From NCBI GenBank assembly GCA_003971905.1, contig RSEE01000062.1, positions 186,001 through 250,000 of the forward strand: DNA of 64,000 bases, given 5' to 3'. Numbering within the stretch: the first letter of the stretch is position 1; the number at the start of each line of letters is the position of its first letter. This document shows positions 1 to 12,887 of this stretch, one piece after another. The notes under the pieces are model-generated. The model was not told the DNA's origin and did no database searches. It saw only the letters and a list, made by a program, of their open reading frames with translations. Source of the stretch: Moniliella sp. 'wahieum'. Lineage: Eukaryota. The position numbers and the translations under genes were made by a program.

Positions 1-951
1 CGTTGCCCCCAGAGACCATAGAAGCCAAGAATGATGCCACAGGGTAACACGCGCGTCCCAGGGAACCGGCATGGTGCGGACAGCAAACCGGAGGCTGGGT
101 CGTGGCGGGTCGACACGTTCGTCCACCCGACCACCCCCGACTTGCCTGCCTCGACGGGCGACAGCGACCAGTAACTAATAAAGCGGTCCGTCGTGGTGCG
201 TTGGTACATGATCGATGATCGATGATCATCGATCGGGCAGCCAGGATCGAGATTACTAACGCCGCGCAATCGGTTGTACGCGCTGAACCTTCAGTTGAAG
301 CGTGAAATATTGAACTTCAACTCTGTTTCGATTTTCATTCTGCTGCAAGTGGGACCGGATCTCCTCAGCCAATTCCCCTGCTTCCCTCAACGGCGTTGGC
401 GCTACCAAGCAACACACGCCGCATCAACGGGTCGGTTTAGGCCTTGGGAGCAGGGGTTCTTTGTCCCAGCCATAAGAGCTTAAGCTCTTTCAATGATATG
501 GTTAGCGACATAGAGATTTACTACTTGACATTTGCAACGTGCACAACTTGAGAAGCTTGTAGCTCAAAGGGATTCAATCAACTGGGGTTATATTTCTTGG
601 GAGATCGAATGATTGGCCATTCGATTAGCCCAGCATCATGAATCATGATGCGATTGGGATCATGGAAACGAACTCCGTTCCGAAAGGAACCTCCCTTTAT
701 TTCGTCCACCCTGAAAGGACCATGAGGGTTGGCAGCCAGCAGAACAAGAAGAAGATGTATGTTTTGTGAAACAGAAACAGAAAACAGGGGCTGAGGGTGG
801 GTGGAGGGAAGAGTAAGAAAGAGAAGAGTGCCAGCGAGCACCCCATGGTCGTTAAGCTAGCTAGCTCATTGCTCCGGGTAGTAAAGCAAAAAAGAACCAC
901 GTATACCCCAGGCATCATATGTGATGCATCACAGGTATTCCGCCTCGGCAG

Positions 952-2111
952 TCAGCTCGCTGAGTTTGGTATCGGTCCGCATGTGCCCGTACTCGCTCTC
1001 TGGCGGAGCATACGAGTCGGGAGGGAGACGGGTCGAGCGGATGGAGCAGGAGAAGTGGACAAGTACTGCGACAGTTGCTTGGCCTGAGCTTCGTTCTCGA
1101 ACGCTTCAGGGGCGTAGTGGATCGGGATACCAGCACCCGGCGGGGCCGAAAAGACCTTTTTAGTTACCTTGAGCATTTTTTGTCCTAGCCCTTTAGGTCC
1201 GTCGGATCGACTGCCAATCGTCGACGCATAGTCCGGTGGCAACCCGCGCTCACGAAGGTTCTTCCGATCGTCACGACGTTGTTGTTGCAGGTACAAAGGC
1301 ACATGCGATAAACGCGGACCTTGGCTCGCCGCCTCACCAAAGTACCACACGAACCGTGACACGTCCTTCGACCACACCCCATCTTCCCGTCGCATCGTCA
1401 CGCTCACCATCACTGACGAGCACACAACATCTGGCGCCTCCGCGTTGGCCAGGTCCACCACAACGGGTACAGTCACCTTGGCCAACATCTGCTCCGGCAC
1501 GTACTTGTACCGCGTGTCAGCGGTAAACGTCTCGGCAGGCACACCCGTACGCTGGTTCATGTGCGCAGGGTTGATGATCACTTGCATGTCATTGTCCATC
1601 ACGATATGCGCACACTCGCGCCGCAGCTCCAGCTGCTCCCAAGGATCGACAAGGTACCCAAACCACAAACCACGCCACATCGCAACAGACCACAGACGCG
1701 CAACGGTCAGCATTCCTCCGTCCGTAGCACACACCAATAAAGCAAAAGAAAATAAAAAGGGGAAAAAAAGAAAAACCCTGCAAAACAACCAATGTACAGA
1801 CACCCCCCGTCGCCACCTCGGTCGCGCGCCGGGGGAAAGTCTATACTATACCCACAACACCAACCCCAACCCCAAGGGGAAGCAGCGACCAAGTGGCAAA
1901 CGTACCTCGAACGCGACACGGTCGCCCGTAGAGTTCTTGAGCATGCGGCAGCGGCAGGGACTGTTGGTGGTGGACCACGCTGTCGCTTCCCCTCCCTGGG
2001 GAGAAAGTTGTACGGCGGCGCATAGAGCTCGTCGGGCTGCTTGAGCGCGTGCACTACATGGCTCTTGGGCACGGGCAGCTTGGAGGTGAGCTTGTCCAGG
2101 GCAGCGCTCAT
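952..2111 (-). CDS. Hypothetical protein, two exons, unknown family
   Basis: ATG at 2111 (MSAALDKLTSKLPVPKSH...), GTACGT donor at 1905, GCTGAC branch-like site near 1706-1711, then a long open exon (YLVDPWEQLELRRECAHIVMDNDMQVIINP...) ending at 952. One apparent frameshift in exon 1; the acceptor AG is not visible. Confidence 0.55.
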
Positions 2112-3620
2112 AGCGGGCGAGGTAGGGTGGTGGTAGTAGTGGTGGTAGTGGTGGTAGTGGTGGTGGTGGTAGGGAACGAAGGGGACGAGACGGAATGGAG
2201 GGTGAGCTATTAGAGAGAGACAAGTCAACGAAGAGCGGCTAGGAGCGCAACGAGAGGACTGGGTGGGGTGGTGGGAGAAGTGATATGTGATGACCGATGA
2301 TAGACGTCGATGATCGATGATGCGATGATGGTCCAGGTTCGGTGGCAGAGACAAGGGGCACTAGCTGAAGAAAACCGCGTGTTTGCCTGTTCGGTTGGAC
2401 GAGGGTCTGGCAAGCTACGTGGGCAGGGCGCGGTCTGTCCACATGGCTGAAACGGTGGGGAAGATGAGCCTCACCGCTGAGTTCGGGTGAGCCACGCGCG
2501 GGACGACTCGCCTGGCTGCTATCGACTATCGGGATGGTCGATGGTCGTTGGCCGATGGTCGGTGGGCGAGCTGGAGCGCTGGAGGGCGATCGATGCTCGA
2601 CTATCGTTTATCTCCCTCCGAGCCGCCATGGTCATTTGCCGCCATCCATGCGGTCGGTGTGGAAGCGTAGACCAGCACCCGCCAGCCCGCACGACGCACA
2701 GGGGCAGTGTGCGGGCGCAGGCACATGGCACAGGATGCTTGATGCATGATGCATGATGCGCATCCTGGCACATGCGCACATGTGGCAGGTAACTAGTAAC
2801 AGGAGCGAGGCGCGAGCATGCGAGCCACCCGGAAAAGTCGTGCGCGTGACGCGTCGTGAAGCTACGCTTCCACTGGAGGCTCAAGAGCTAGCACACGCTC
2901 GCACCTGCCAGCGAGTACGTACTAGTACCTAGGAAGGCCCAAGCAGCATGGCAGCAACCGTCCAACGCCCAACGATACAATGGCCGGGCGGTGGCGATTC
3001 GCACAGGCCACCAGCCAGGCGGCAGACCATGCGAGAGCAACACGGAGCAACGCCCCCGTTTGGGGGTTGCCCATTGCACTCCATTCTGCCGCCCCCAAGC
3101 TCCCCACTGCCCACTAGTCATTGCCCTTCGCCCACTGCCCTCACTCGCCCGTTTGCCCGCATTCAAGTTTCTGTCCCACTGCCCGCATCGCGTCTGTGCC
3201 TCGCATGCAGCACACGCAGCTGACCCGGAACATCACATCACACAACCACGTATCACACACCCGTACTATCACATCCACATGTCACATGTCACATCACATC
3301 CCCCACGCCCTGTTTTCCCGCCTGCTCCGCCTCTCTTAGATCCTCCCTCCCCGTCTCATGTATCATGGCGAAACTCTCTGCTCTGCATTCCTTCCATCCT
3401 ACATCTCCTCCTTTCGCCCCTCCCCACCGCCTCACCAGCCCTCCCCCCTGCCTAATCCACTCCCTACATCGCCACTTGGGCACGTACAGTACTTAAACCA
3501 GCTTGCTGCACATTGCTTCCCGTGCACGCGCACCGTCTGGATAAGGATAGAATTATGGATGGCATCCCGATCCGATCGTCTGTCCGCGGGTATAGGCCAC
3601 CTGGGGCGGCCGGACGGACA

Positions 3621-3687
3621 GATGGATGATGGATGGATGGATGGATGATGGATGGATGGATGGATGGATGGATGGATGGATGGATGG
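3621..3687. repeat. (GGAT)n microsatellite
   Basis: Visible GATG/GGAT run. Confidence 0.95.
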
Positions 3688-3807
3688 GTAACAACGACGC
3701 AGCAGGCTCATCGTCCTTTGACGCTTCCCACACTTGACGTCTCACACTTCAACGCTTTGACGCTTCCGCCCCTCCGCCCTTGGGCACTTTCACTGGACGC
3801 GGTACGG

Positions 3808-6596
3808 GTTCACCCTGTACCATGGCTCCCCTCCGCCTCCGCCTCTTGCTCCGCCTGTGCACCTCGTTGCTCAGCGCGACTAGAGCGCGCCTCTGGCCCA
3901 GCAGCAACGCCAGGACGCAACATCGCCTCCACCGCGTCCCATTCGGAACGCGTAGGACTCGGCGCATCCTGCCACCACTGCTCGTCCATTTCCGTTGTCG
4001 ATGCAGGAGCGGGTGCGGGTGCGGTGGCAGTGGCGGGTGCGGGTGGGGCCGGGGTGAAAGAGGAGGTAGAAGGTGGCCATGTGCCCAAAACCTGGTCTAG
4101 GGGGACAAAGGCGTCGTTGAACCCCCTTCCTTGCTCGGAGATCCCCGTACCCTGCGCACCACCGTCTCTGTCATCGTCATCGGGCTCTCCGTTGCCGGTG
4201 CGGGTTCGGGCTCGGACTCGGGATTGGGATTGGGATTGGGATCGGGATCGGTGGCACCGGTGTGCTCAGGATCGTTCACGGGACAGGCGCAACGCCCAAC
4301 AACTGTTCTTTCCACCCTTGATCTTTGCTCTTGCTCCTTCGGTGCTGCTCCCACTGCGTACGCGTACTGGAGCTAGGCAGCGACATCGAGTCCGGGGGAA
4401 AGTAGACTCACCACGTCCTCCTACCATGTTCCTGTGCGCAGCTAGCATCCCGTTACGCCACTGACATCCCTCTTGAAACTCGCAGTACCCACACCGTCGT
4501 GCCAAGTCGGGGGGCACCACGCACGTACCGTTCCCCCCGCCACAGCTGTACCATGCTCGTTAAAAATGAGGCTAGACCCGGAGCGTCGTACGGAAACCGT
4601 ACTTGGCCCAGTAGCGTCGCGTCTTCCAAGTCCGACGGAGAAGATGGGGTAAAGGTAGTGCTGCAACCTGGTGAGGGCGCACGAGGCAACGTCCCACAAC
4701 CAAGCGCAGGGGCAAGTGGTGTATCCGTAGCAGAAGCACAAGCAGAAGAAGAAGCAGAAGCAGAAGGTCCGGTAGAGGTAGAGGTAGAGGTAGAGGTACC
4801 ATCTGCTGTTTCGTCCTTGGCACGCGCTTCTTTGATCGCTTGGTTGAGCGTGGTGAGTACGTCTCCAAATAGTCCTTCTCCCACCTCGTCCTCATCCTCG
4901 TCGCCTTCGGCTTCGTGCTCTTGCATTGGGTGCATCTTCAAGGGCAGGCTGGAACGGTCGACCGTCGGGGCGATCCGATCCGATCGACATCGCGGTCCGA
5001 CCCAGTCTCGGAGGCAGACGCGTTGGTTTCGCTCAGGGGAGACCGTTTGCGCGACCGGTAGAGCAGGGCCAACGTCGGATCGATGGCGGTCCATGCGAAA
5101 TCAGTTCCGCAAGGGGAAACGTCCGAAGTAAGTAGTAGTAGAACTTGCAAGCGGATGACTTTGCGGAGGAACGGGCTACCTCCCTCGTTGCCCCGGGATC
5201 CCATCCGGCTCGAGCATGGGCTAACCATAATCGTACCTCGATCAACATGGCTTCGTAAACATCTTGCAACCGCAGTGGCCCATCCTGTTCGTCGGCATCA
5301 GCGTCGGTGCTGGCGTCAGAGGGCGACGACGTAGACTCGCGCGATGCTTCGTTCGAACGAGTACTTTCCTCGATCCCGCGTGCACGGGGTGGGGACACGG
5401 ACTGAGGGCTCGGTTTATGTCGTGGCACGGGAGGAGGTGAAGGACGCACTTGCACTTGCACTTGCATTTGCCATCGCTCCAACACCTTTTGGGCCCATGC
5501 TTGACTTTGCTGCGCTACCAAAACAGGATGCAACGCGCTACACCAGCTCGAACTCAGTACCCCTCCCTGTCCTCCGGGTCCTACCCCCGAAGCAGCCAGA
5601 AGCGCAGCCAACGTCAAAGGCTCAGCGTTGGGATCAAACCCGCCTTCCCGGCTCGGGCTCGGGCTCGGGCTCGGGATCGGGCTCGGGCGTTGCAGGCTCC
5701 GTGATTCCACCCCAGACGGCAGCCGTACTGGAGTCCCCTCCTTGGTCTGGCCGCGTTTGCGTTTGCGTTTGCGTTGGCGTTTGTGCTCGCGTCCCCGCCG
5801 GATCCCAAGCCAGCGCAGCAAGACACAGTCCGTCCCAGAGACGCTTGTAGATCATACACTGCATCCGTGCGCCCCGCTGGTCCACCTCGGGCGGCAAGCG
5901 GGAGGACCTGCGGGTCTTGCTGTCCCGGATCTGGTACGTCCAACCTATCCGGGAGACGGGGCAGAAGTCGGCGCAGTCGGTGCATTCGGCGCATTCGACC
6001 CAGGGGACAAAGCAACGGGACAGAGAAGGGCTGGGTGATCGACCACGTTCCTGCGGTAGCGCAGCAATCTCATCAATCACTCCCCGTACTACAATCCCAT
6101 CCACACACCCGAGCACCGGCACTTCACGTGCAATCCCGGGCGACCGACGTAATCGCGCGCACGCCGATGCGATCTGCACACACCGCGCGCGTACTTGTCC
6201 ACCTCGCGCACCGCCAACGGCAACAAAGCCGTCGTCGTCGCGGCCACCTGGGCTTGGGGCGCCGTATGCTCCAGTACAGCGTGCACCGCCGAGCCGGATC
6301 GCAGGATCCGCTCCCGTCGTGCCAATGCCGTCTGCGAAATGCGCAGCGTCTGCCCAAGTCCCAAATCAGCACACGCGGACGCTGGTGCGCGGGTAAACTG
6401 GCATGCGTCAGCAGCCCGTAGTGGTACTGGTACTCGCACCACGTGGGCCCGACCAGCTGCGAGACGGAGGCGCGTCGGCGGCGCAGGCGGGGGGGGCATG
6501 CGGCAGAAGCAGGCGGGCGCACGGACGAACGACAAAAGAGCGACAGCAGGGGGCGCGCAAGCGATCACAAAAGGAGCGTGGCTTGACGGCCGTCAT
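3808..6596 (-). CDS. EXO5: Exonuclease V (Exo5/Dem1 family, PD-(D/E)XK nuclease with 4Fe-4S cysteines)
   Basis: Family motifs in order across frameshifted ORFs: SVSQLVGPTWCEYQYHYGL, GSAVHAVLE, REVPVLGCVDGIVVRGVIDEI, IRDSKTRRSSRLP...QCMIYKRLWDGL, FPYD...QLWRGER, RRCGYCEFQEGCQWR. Start and C-terminal end (beyond ~4440) are uncertain. Confidence 0.85.
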
Positions 6597-7432
6597 TAAA
6601 CGGCCCCAGAGATTATTCGGGTACCGGGTATGGACGAGGGCGAGGCGCAGGCGGAACGGACGCTGCGGTTCCGCTGCTGGAGCGCGTGATCAGCTGGTGA
6701 GTGCTATTTGCAATCATTAACCAAGCGCAGCGCGCACTGGGGTACTCATACTGGCCCGCAGGCCGGGGGTATGAATCTGAGGGACGCAGTCTCAGGCCTG
6801 CGGAAAAACTTGCTCCCCCCGGACGCATCGTGATGCATGAGATCATCGGGCAGCGTGTGCGGACTAAACACTAAACGTTAAACCTTACACGTTAAACGTT
6901 AAAGTTTAAAACGGCAGGACAGGGGATGCGACCGGTGACGCGTGATCGCTGACCCCCAGACTTGGCTTCGAGCGGCGTGCTGGCTGGTGCCGACGGCTGG
7001 CTGGCTGGCGCTGTGCCCTGGACCCATGGGCCTTGTGTGCGTACCTAGCGCCTGGCCAGTCAGACTCAGTACGTAAGATGCCCCCGAGCACGATTAATAA
7101 GGCCGCGTCCCGCACCGCACCCCGCCGCACCCCGCCGCACCCCACGCCTGATTAATCAGTCAGCCGCCCAGCCAGCCATCAGCCCAGTCCGATATACGCC
7201 GCGGCAGCCGCCCTCCGTGGGCCTTGCCTTGCCCTCCGCTCTGGGTATTCCCCGTCTCATCGTCTCCGTCACCAGCCTAGTCACTAGTCACTTGTCCTCC
7301 CTCAACCCACCCCCACCGCACTCAGCACCGGCAGCCCAGCACTCAGCCTTCGCCGCGCCCCTCTTGCCAACCCTCCCTCGTCCGCCCCACCACCCCCACC
7401 CGCGTCTTCTTTTCTCTTCCTCCGCCCACCAC

Positions 7433-9126
7433 ATGGACCACGGCACTGGCGGCATCAAGATCTTTGCGGGCTCCTCCCATCCCGAGCTGGCCCGCCAGAT
7501 TGCGAAACGGTGTGTTCCCTCGTTCCCCGCCCCCCCCCCCCCCTGCTACCGGTCGACTGCGCCTGAGCGCTCAGCGCCGCTTTTTCGGCTCTGATCGACC
7601 GTGGTCTCCCCGCTCTGCGACCACTGACCACGGTACAACGCACACCATACTGAGTAAAAAGGTAGCAAGTGAGTACGGTGTACTGACTGCTTTGTGTTTT
7701 TTTTCTGCGTTCATCTTGCTTGCGCTTTGGGGTGTGTGCTTGTGCTTGCGCTTGTGCTTGTGCTTGTGCCTGCGTCTGCGCTTGGGCCGCTAGACTTGGA
7801 CTCCCCTTGGGCAAGGCGATTGTCGCCCGGAACGAAGTGGGGGAGAGCGTGGTGCGAATCGGAGAAAGTGTGCGGGGAGCACGATGTGTACATTATCAAT
7901 ACCTCTTGTTGCACGCCGACAGTCAAGCCAACCGGGTGCGGCAACATGTTCTTGTCGCCCAACACGTCGTTGATGGAAACGCTGATCATGATCCATGCGT
8001 GCAAGGGTGCGTCGGCCAAACGTGTCACAGCTGTCATCCCGCACTTTTACTATGCCCGCCAGGATAAGAAGGACAAGTCCCGCGCGCCCATCACGGCCAA
8101 ACTCGTGGCCAACATGCTGGAAAAAGCCGGATGCGACCACGTGATCACCATGGACCTCCATGCGTCTCAAATCCAAGGCTTCTTTGACGTGCCCGTCGAC
8201 AACCTCTATGCCGAACCCGCCACGTTGCAGTACATTGGCGAAACGCTCGACATGGACGAGATTGTGATTGTTTCCCCCGATGCGGGCGGGGCCAAACGCG
8301 CAACCTCCATCGCAGATCGCTTGAATGTCGACTTTGCCTTGTTCCACAAGGAACGAAAACGCGCAAACGAGGTGTCCCGCATGGTGCTCGTCGGCGATGT
8401 GCGCGGAAAAGTCGCCGTCTTGGTGGATGATATGGCAGATACCTGCGGCACACTCGATCAGGCCGCTCGCAAGTTGACTGAGAATGCGCGAAACGCGTAC
8501 TGGCCCTCGTCACCCATGGGATCTTGTCCGAGCCAGCACTCGAACGCATCCGTCACTCCACCCTCGAAAAACTCGTCGTGACCAACACGCTGCCCCAGAC
8601 ACGCAACATGGCCCAGTGCCCCAAGTTGGAACAGATTGATATTTCTCACGTTTTGGCAGAAACCATTCGCCGCGCTCACCATGGCGAATCAATCAGCGTA
8701 CTCTTCACCCAAGTCCCTTACGATACACTCCAGCCCTACCGCTCCCACGCAAGGGACGGTGACGAGGCGGCCAAAGACGGGCCTAAGTTTGCCATGCCAC
8801 TGCTACTGCCACTGCCACCGCCACCGCCACGGCTCCGGTCACAGCACCAGACAAGACACCTACCTTGGCGCACCCGGCAGCCGTGGTTGTGCCCTGCAGT
8901 CCAGCCCCAGCTACGCTCCCGGCCCGCGAAGCCCCCGTCAGCCCTCCCACACGATCGCAAGCCACCACGCCCAGTCCGCTGCGCCAGGTGGCTGGTGCCC
9001 ACAGCTAGGCGCGGTGGCAGAGACGGCGTGCGGGTACTGATTCAACGGCGTAGGACGGGTGGGGTGGCTCGGGCTGTCGTGCCGCCGCTGGATCGTGCCA
9101 CATCTCCCATGCTGTCCTGGGTCTGA
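7433..9126 (+). CDS. PRS: Ribose-phosphate pyrophosphokinase (PRPP synthetase)
   Basis: [20 protein letters not shown], intron 7510-7793 (GTGTGT...TAG), [76 protein letters not shown]. Two apparent frameshifts; the end after ~8720 is uncertain. Confidence 0.95.
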
Positions 9127-9694
9127 TTCCTATTCAATCCTATATCCTATCCAATCCATTCAAGCCAATCCTATGCAATCCAATCCTATCCTATCCAGTG
9201 GAATCCAATCCACAGTTGAATCCAGGTGACCGGTGAATGGGCCACCACGGAATCGGGAGCAGCCCCAGATGGCGTGACACTTGCAATTGAAACATCCGGG
9301 GGGCTGTTGAACAATGGACGCTGGTGGAGGGGCTGCGCGTTACGTAGGCCAGCTGGCCGGAGAATTGGACGTTGAAACGTTCAGTGGGCGCAGGCTGGCC
9401 CGCCTGCTGGTCTGTGCGCGAACGCTAGGGTTTGGGGGGCGGGGGCAGGGGGCGAGTGGCGGGCGGTGGCTAGGGTTGGGCGGTGGTGTTGGACGGGGGC
9501 GTGTTGGGTGGCGGGCGGCGGGGACGTGGATGGGGATGTATTTGAAGTGCAAGGGACGCGCAGGAATGCGCAATCCAGCGTCGCGTCGCGCTGCCTTCAA
9601 ACCACCCCCGTCCGCAGCCACCCGCATCCACCCGCATCCACACCATCTCCACTGCCCTCCACCACTGCCCCCCCCGCCCCCCCACGCCTCCCCC

Positions 9695-12600
9695 ATGCCC
9701 CCCAGGGTCAGCATCGCCCCGCGCCGCACGTACGCCGGGCGCAAGCGCAAGCACCCCGGCACCTCGGCCTCGCCCCGCCTCCCGACGACACCTCGTCCCG
9801 CGCCCTCCGCACCAACTTCCAGAGCCTCTCGCTCCGCGACCACCCTCCCACTCCCGCCCCCGCCCCCGCCACTCCCACCGCCCATCGCAATCCCAGCCCC
9901 AGTCCCATCCCGATGCCGACGCCGACGCCGACGCCTCCTTCGACGATCTTTCCGACACCCCCCGCTGTCTCCCGCTCACCGCCGCCGACGCCCGACTGCT
10001 CTACTCGGGCCCCGCCAACGTGCTCCGCCAGCAGCGCAAGCCCCTCCTCCTCCGCCTCTGCCACGCCCTCCAGCCCTCCGCTGCCCACCCGTCCCGGACT
10101 AAGAACGATCTCATCCGCTCCCTCCTCCTCCTTCGCCGTCGCCACCCTCCTCCGCTGACGTGCCTCGCCGCCGCCCCGACCGCGCGGTCGCCAACGCGCC
10201 AGCTTGCAGCCGCCCAAGGCCGTCTCGGTTGCCTCCACTTCCAGTGGCGCCGCAGGCTGGGCCGACTCGGACGACGAGCCTGATCCCGCACCCCACCCCC
10301 CTCCCCCGCACCTTTGCCCCCGTCGCCACGCCAGACCACCCGAACACCAAGCGTCGCACCGCCGACGCAACCCCAGTCGGGCCTCCTCCTGCCTTCCTCA
10401 CCTTTGCTGCCCCTTCGCCCATCCGGACACGTGCGCGTGCCCAGCGGGACCCCCTCCGAGCACGGCCGTCGCTCCTTCCCCCGCGCGCACGGCGTGGTAC
10501 ACGATCCAACGAAGCAGCTGACGACGACCGCGATCCTCTACCTCTTCGCGCCCGCACTACCACTGCTAAAATGCTGCCCCGCGCACGAGCCGATTCCCCC
10601 AGCCCACGCAAGATGCGTCGTCTCCGGAACGGAAAAGTCTGTGCCGTTGCGCGGGGGGCACAGAGCAGCAGCCGTCCTTGGCTTCGGAGTTGAGCTCGGA
10701 CGAGGAACGCAACAAGAGCAGGAACAGGAACAGGAACACGAACACGAACACGAACAGGTCCCGCTCCGAAGATCTTCTCGTTCAACACGGCGCGGCCACC
10801 AGCTCTCCAGCTCTGGGTCGCTGAGTGCCTCCCAAACTGTGCCTCCTAGTCCTGGACCAAGTGTCAGATCCCAGTCCAGTAGTCGCGCCCGCAGCCGCAC
10901 CCGCAGCCGCACCCGCAGCCGCCGACACCACCCCAGTTCCAGCCCTGTCCCAGCCTCGTCCGAGACCGAGGCCGAGGCCGATCCCGACGCCCCTCCGTCC
11001 TCAATGGAGAGCAGCCGTCCAGTTCGCCGCCGTGGACGCAGAGCGGCCCCAGCTCACGAGCGCCACGAGCGCGACTCGACCGAAGAGCAGGACGCTGGTT
11101 CGGACACTTGGGCCGACGTACCTATGGACCTGGATCCCGTCGAGGAACACGACTCCCACACACCGATAGGTACACGCAGATTACGCAATGGCAAGGTACG
11201 CGTCGAGTATGTTGCTGTTGCTTCGGTCTCTGGGGAGGAAGGTGCAGCTGCCGATGCGGGTGGCGAAAGAAACCAGGACGATGGCCAGGGCCAAGTCCAG
11301 GCCAAGACCACAACCACGACCACGACCAGGATCAAGAAGATCAAGAGGAGGAGGAGGAGGAGGAACAAGGCGACACCACCATCCGCCCTGCTTTGGCTGG
11401 CTCCACTCGCTCTGCCTCCCGCTCAGAGTCAAGAGAGGTGTCACGGGACAACAGGCATCCCTCCAAACCCTCCCCCAGCGCCGAGAAATCATGCGGAACA
11501 CCCTACTTCGAACTCGCTCAAACCGCCTGCTCAAGGCCGATTTGTTGTCCCTCTGCATCGATCGTGGCTTGGACGTCACGTCCGAACAAAAAAAGGTGGA
11601 TTTGGTCGCTGCACTGGTCAAATGGGTACGTATCCGCTAGGTTTTCGTTTTGCCTTCGGGACCGGAACCAAACTAACCATTTATATCCTTCAGTCCGAAA
11701 CCAACCCTGCCCCGGCCACCGCTCGACCCGGCGAGGCAGAAGGGACAGGCCCAGTTACCGCCGTGCTCCTCCGGCAGAAGTCAAGGAGACGGAGGAGGAG
11801 GCGACACTGTTGGATCTCGAGGCGCTCAAGTTGGTGGACAAGCATATTGACCCGCGCCTCTTGCACAAAGGGAGCAAGATTGGCAGTGGCGGGTTCAAGG
11901 ACGTGTATCGCGGCACGTATCAGCTCGGCACGGCCAAGCGCGCACGTAAGATGGCCGTGGCCATTGCCGAGTTGCGTGGCCAACTAACCGAAATGGACAT
12001 TAAGAGCTCGAGGTCCTGCGCGACCTTAACCACCAAAACATTGTTCGCTTCATTGTGTCTCGGTCGACCCGTCCCAATACCGATGTCCCCTGCACCATCG
12101 TCTCAGAACTATGCACACACGGAGACTTGTACGAGTACATTCGTAATGTGCCCGCCCCTTCGGATGTTGAAATGGTACGTACCCCTTCGGTCTTCCTTTC
12201 TGTCTCCCTCTCCCTCTCCCTCTCCCTCCCCTTCTCCCTCGTACAAAATCAACAGTATAGTCCCGCACTTACCGCCCCGCACAACTGCTGACTCGGCCCC
12301 ACCCTGCCTCTTGTCTCTGCCTCTGCCTCATCCTCTTACCTATTCCGCATTATGCTCATGACGGCCGAAGGCTTAAACTACCTCCACACGCAAACCTGCC
12401 ATCCATCCATCGCGACATCAAGTCGAAAGTCTTGATCACCGCCCAGGGAGCCAAGATCAACGATTTTGGCCTGGCGCTGCGCGGTGTCCGGCACGACAAA
12501 CGGCGCATGGTACGCTCCGTGGTCGGGACGGTGAATTGGCAAGCGATGGAGCTTGTGCACCCCAGCCCTTGTACAACGAAAAAGTCGATGTCTGGAGCAC

Positions 12601-12887
12601 AGGCATGACGTTTTGGGAAATCCTCCAGTGGCCCCAGCGACAAACGCTACCCTTTCCAAAACCTCAACGAACACCAAATTTATCGCGACGTGCGCGAACG
12701 AGGCTTGCGCCCTCCAACGGCTAACCTCCGCCGTCGGTTTGGCGGTGACGTGGTCGACTTGATCGAGTCCATGTGGGTCGCAACCCCCCGCGAACGCCCG
12801 TCCATGGCTCAAGTATGCGATCGTCTGCGTGAACTGATCGCCCAGCGGACTGAGACCCAGCCTGAGGGTCTGAGATCGGAGTCCTGA
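9695..12887 (+). CDS. Ser/Thr protein kinase (TKL-like C-lobe, WNK-like N-lobe) with long disordered N-terminus and two SAP/HeH-like motifs
   Basis: IGSGGFKDVYRG, VAIAEL, HQNIVRF, ELCTHGDLYEYIR, HRDIKS, INDFGLA, VGTVNWQA, KVDVWSTGMTFWEIL, ERPSMAQV. Introns 11626-11693 (GTACGT, ACTAAC, CAG) and from 12175 (GTACGT). Several frameshifts. Confidence 0.9.

Noticed and set aside
5945..6030. Zinc finger CAECTDCADFC in the minus ORF
   Set aside because: Arises from a short 9-bp repeat in a variable insertion of EXO5 and is probably out of frame; not part of the family's four conserved cysteines.
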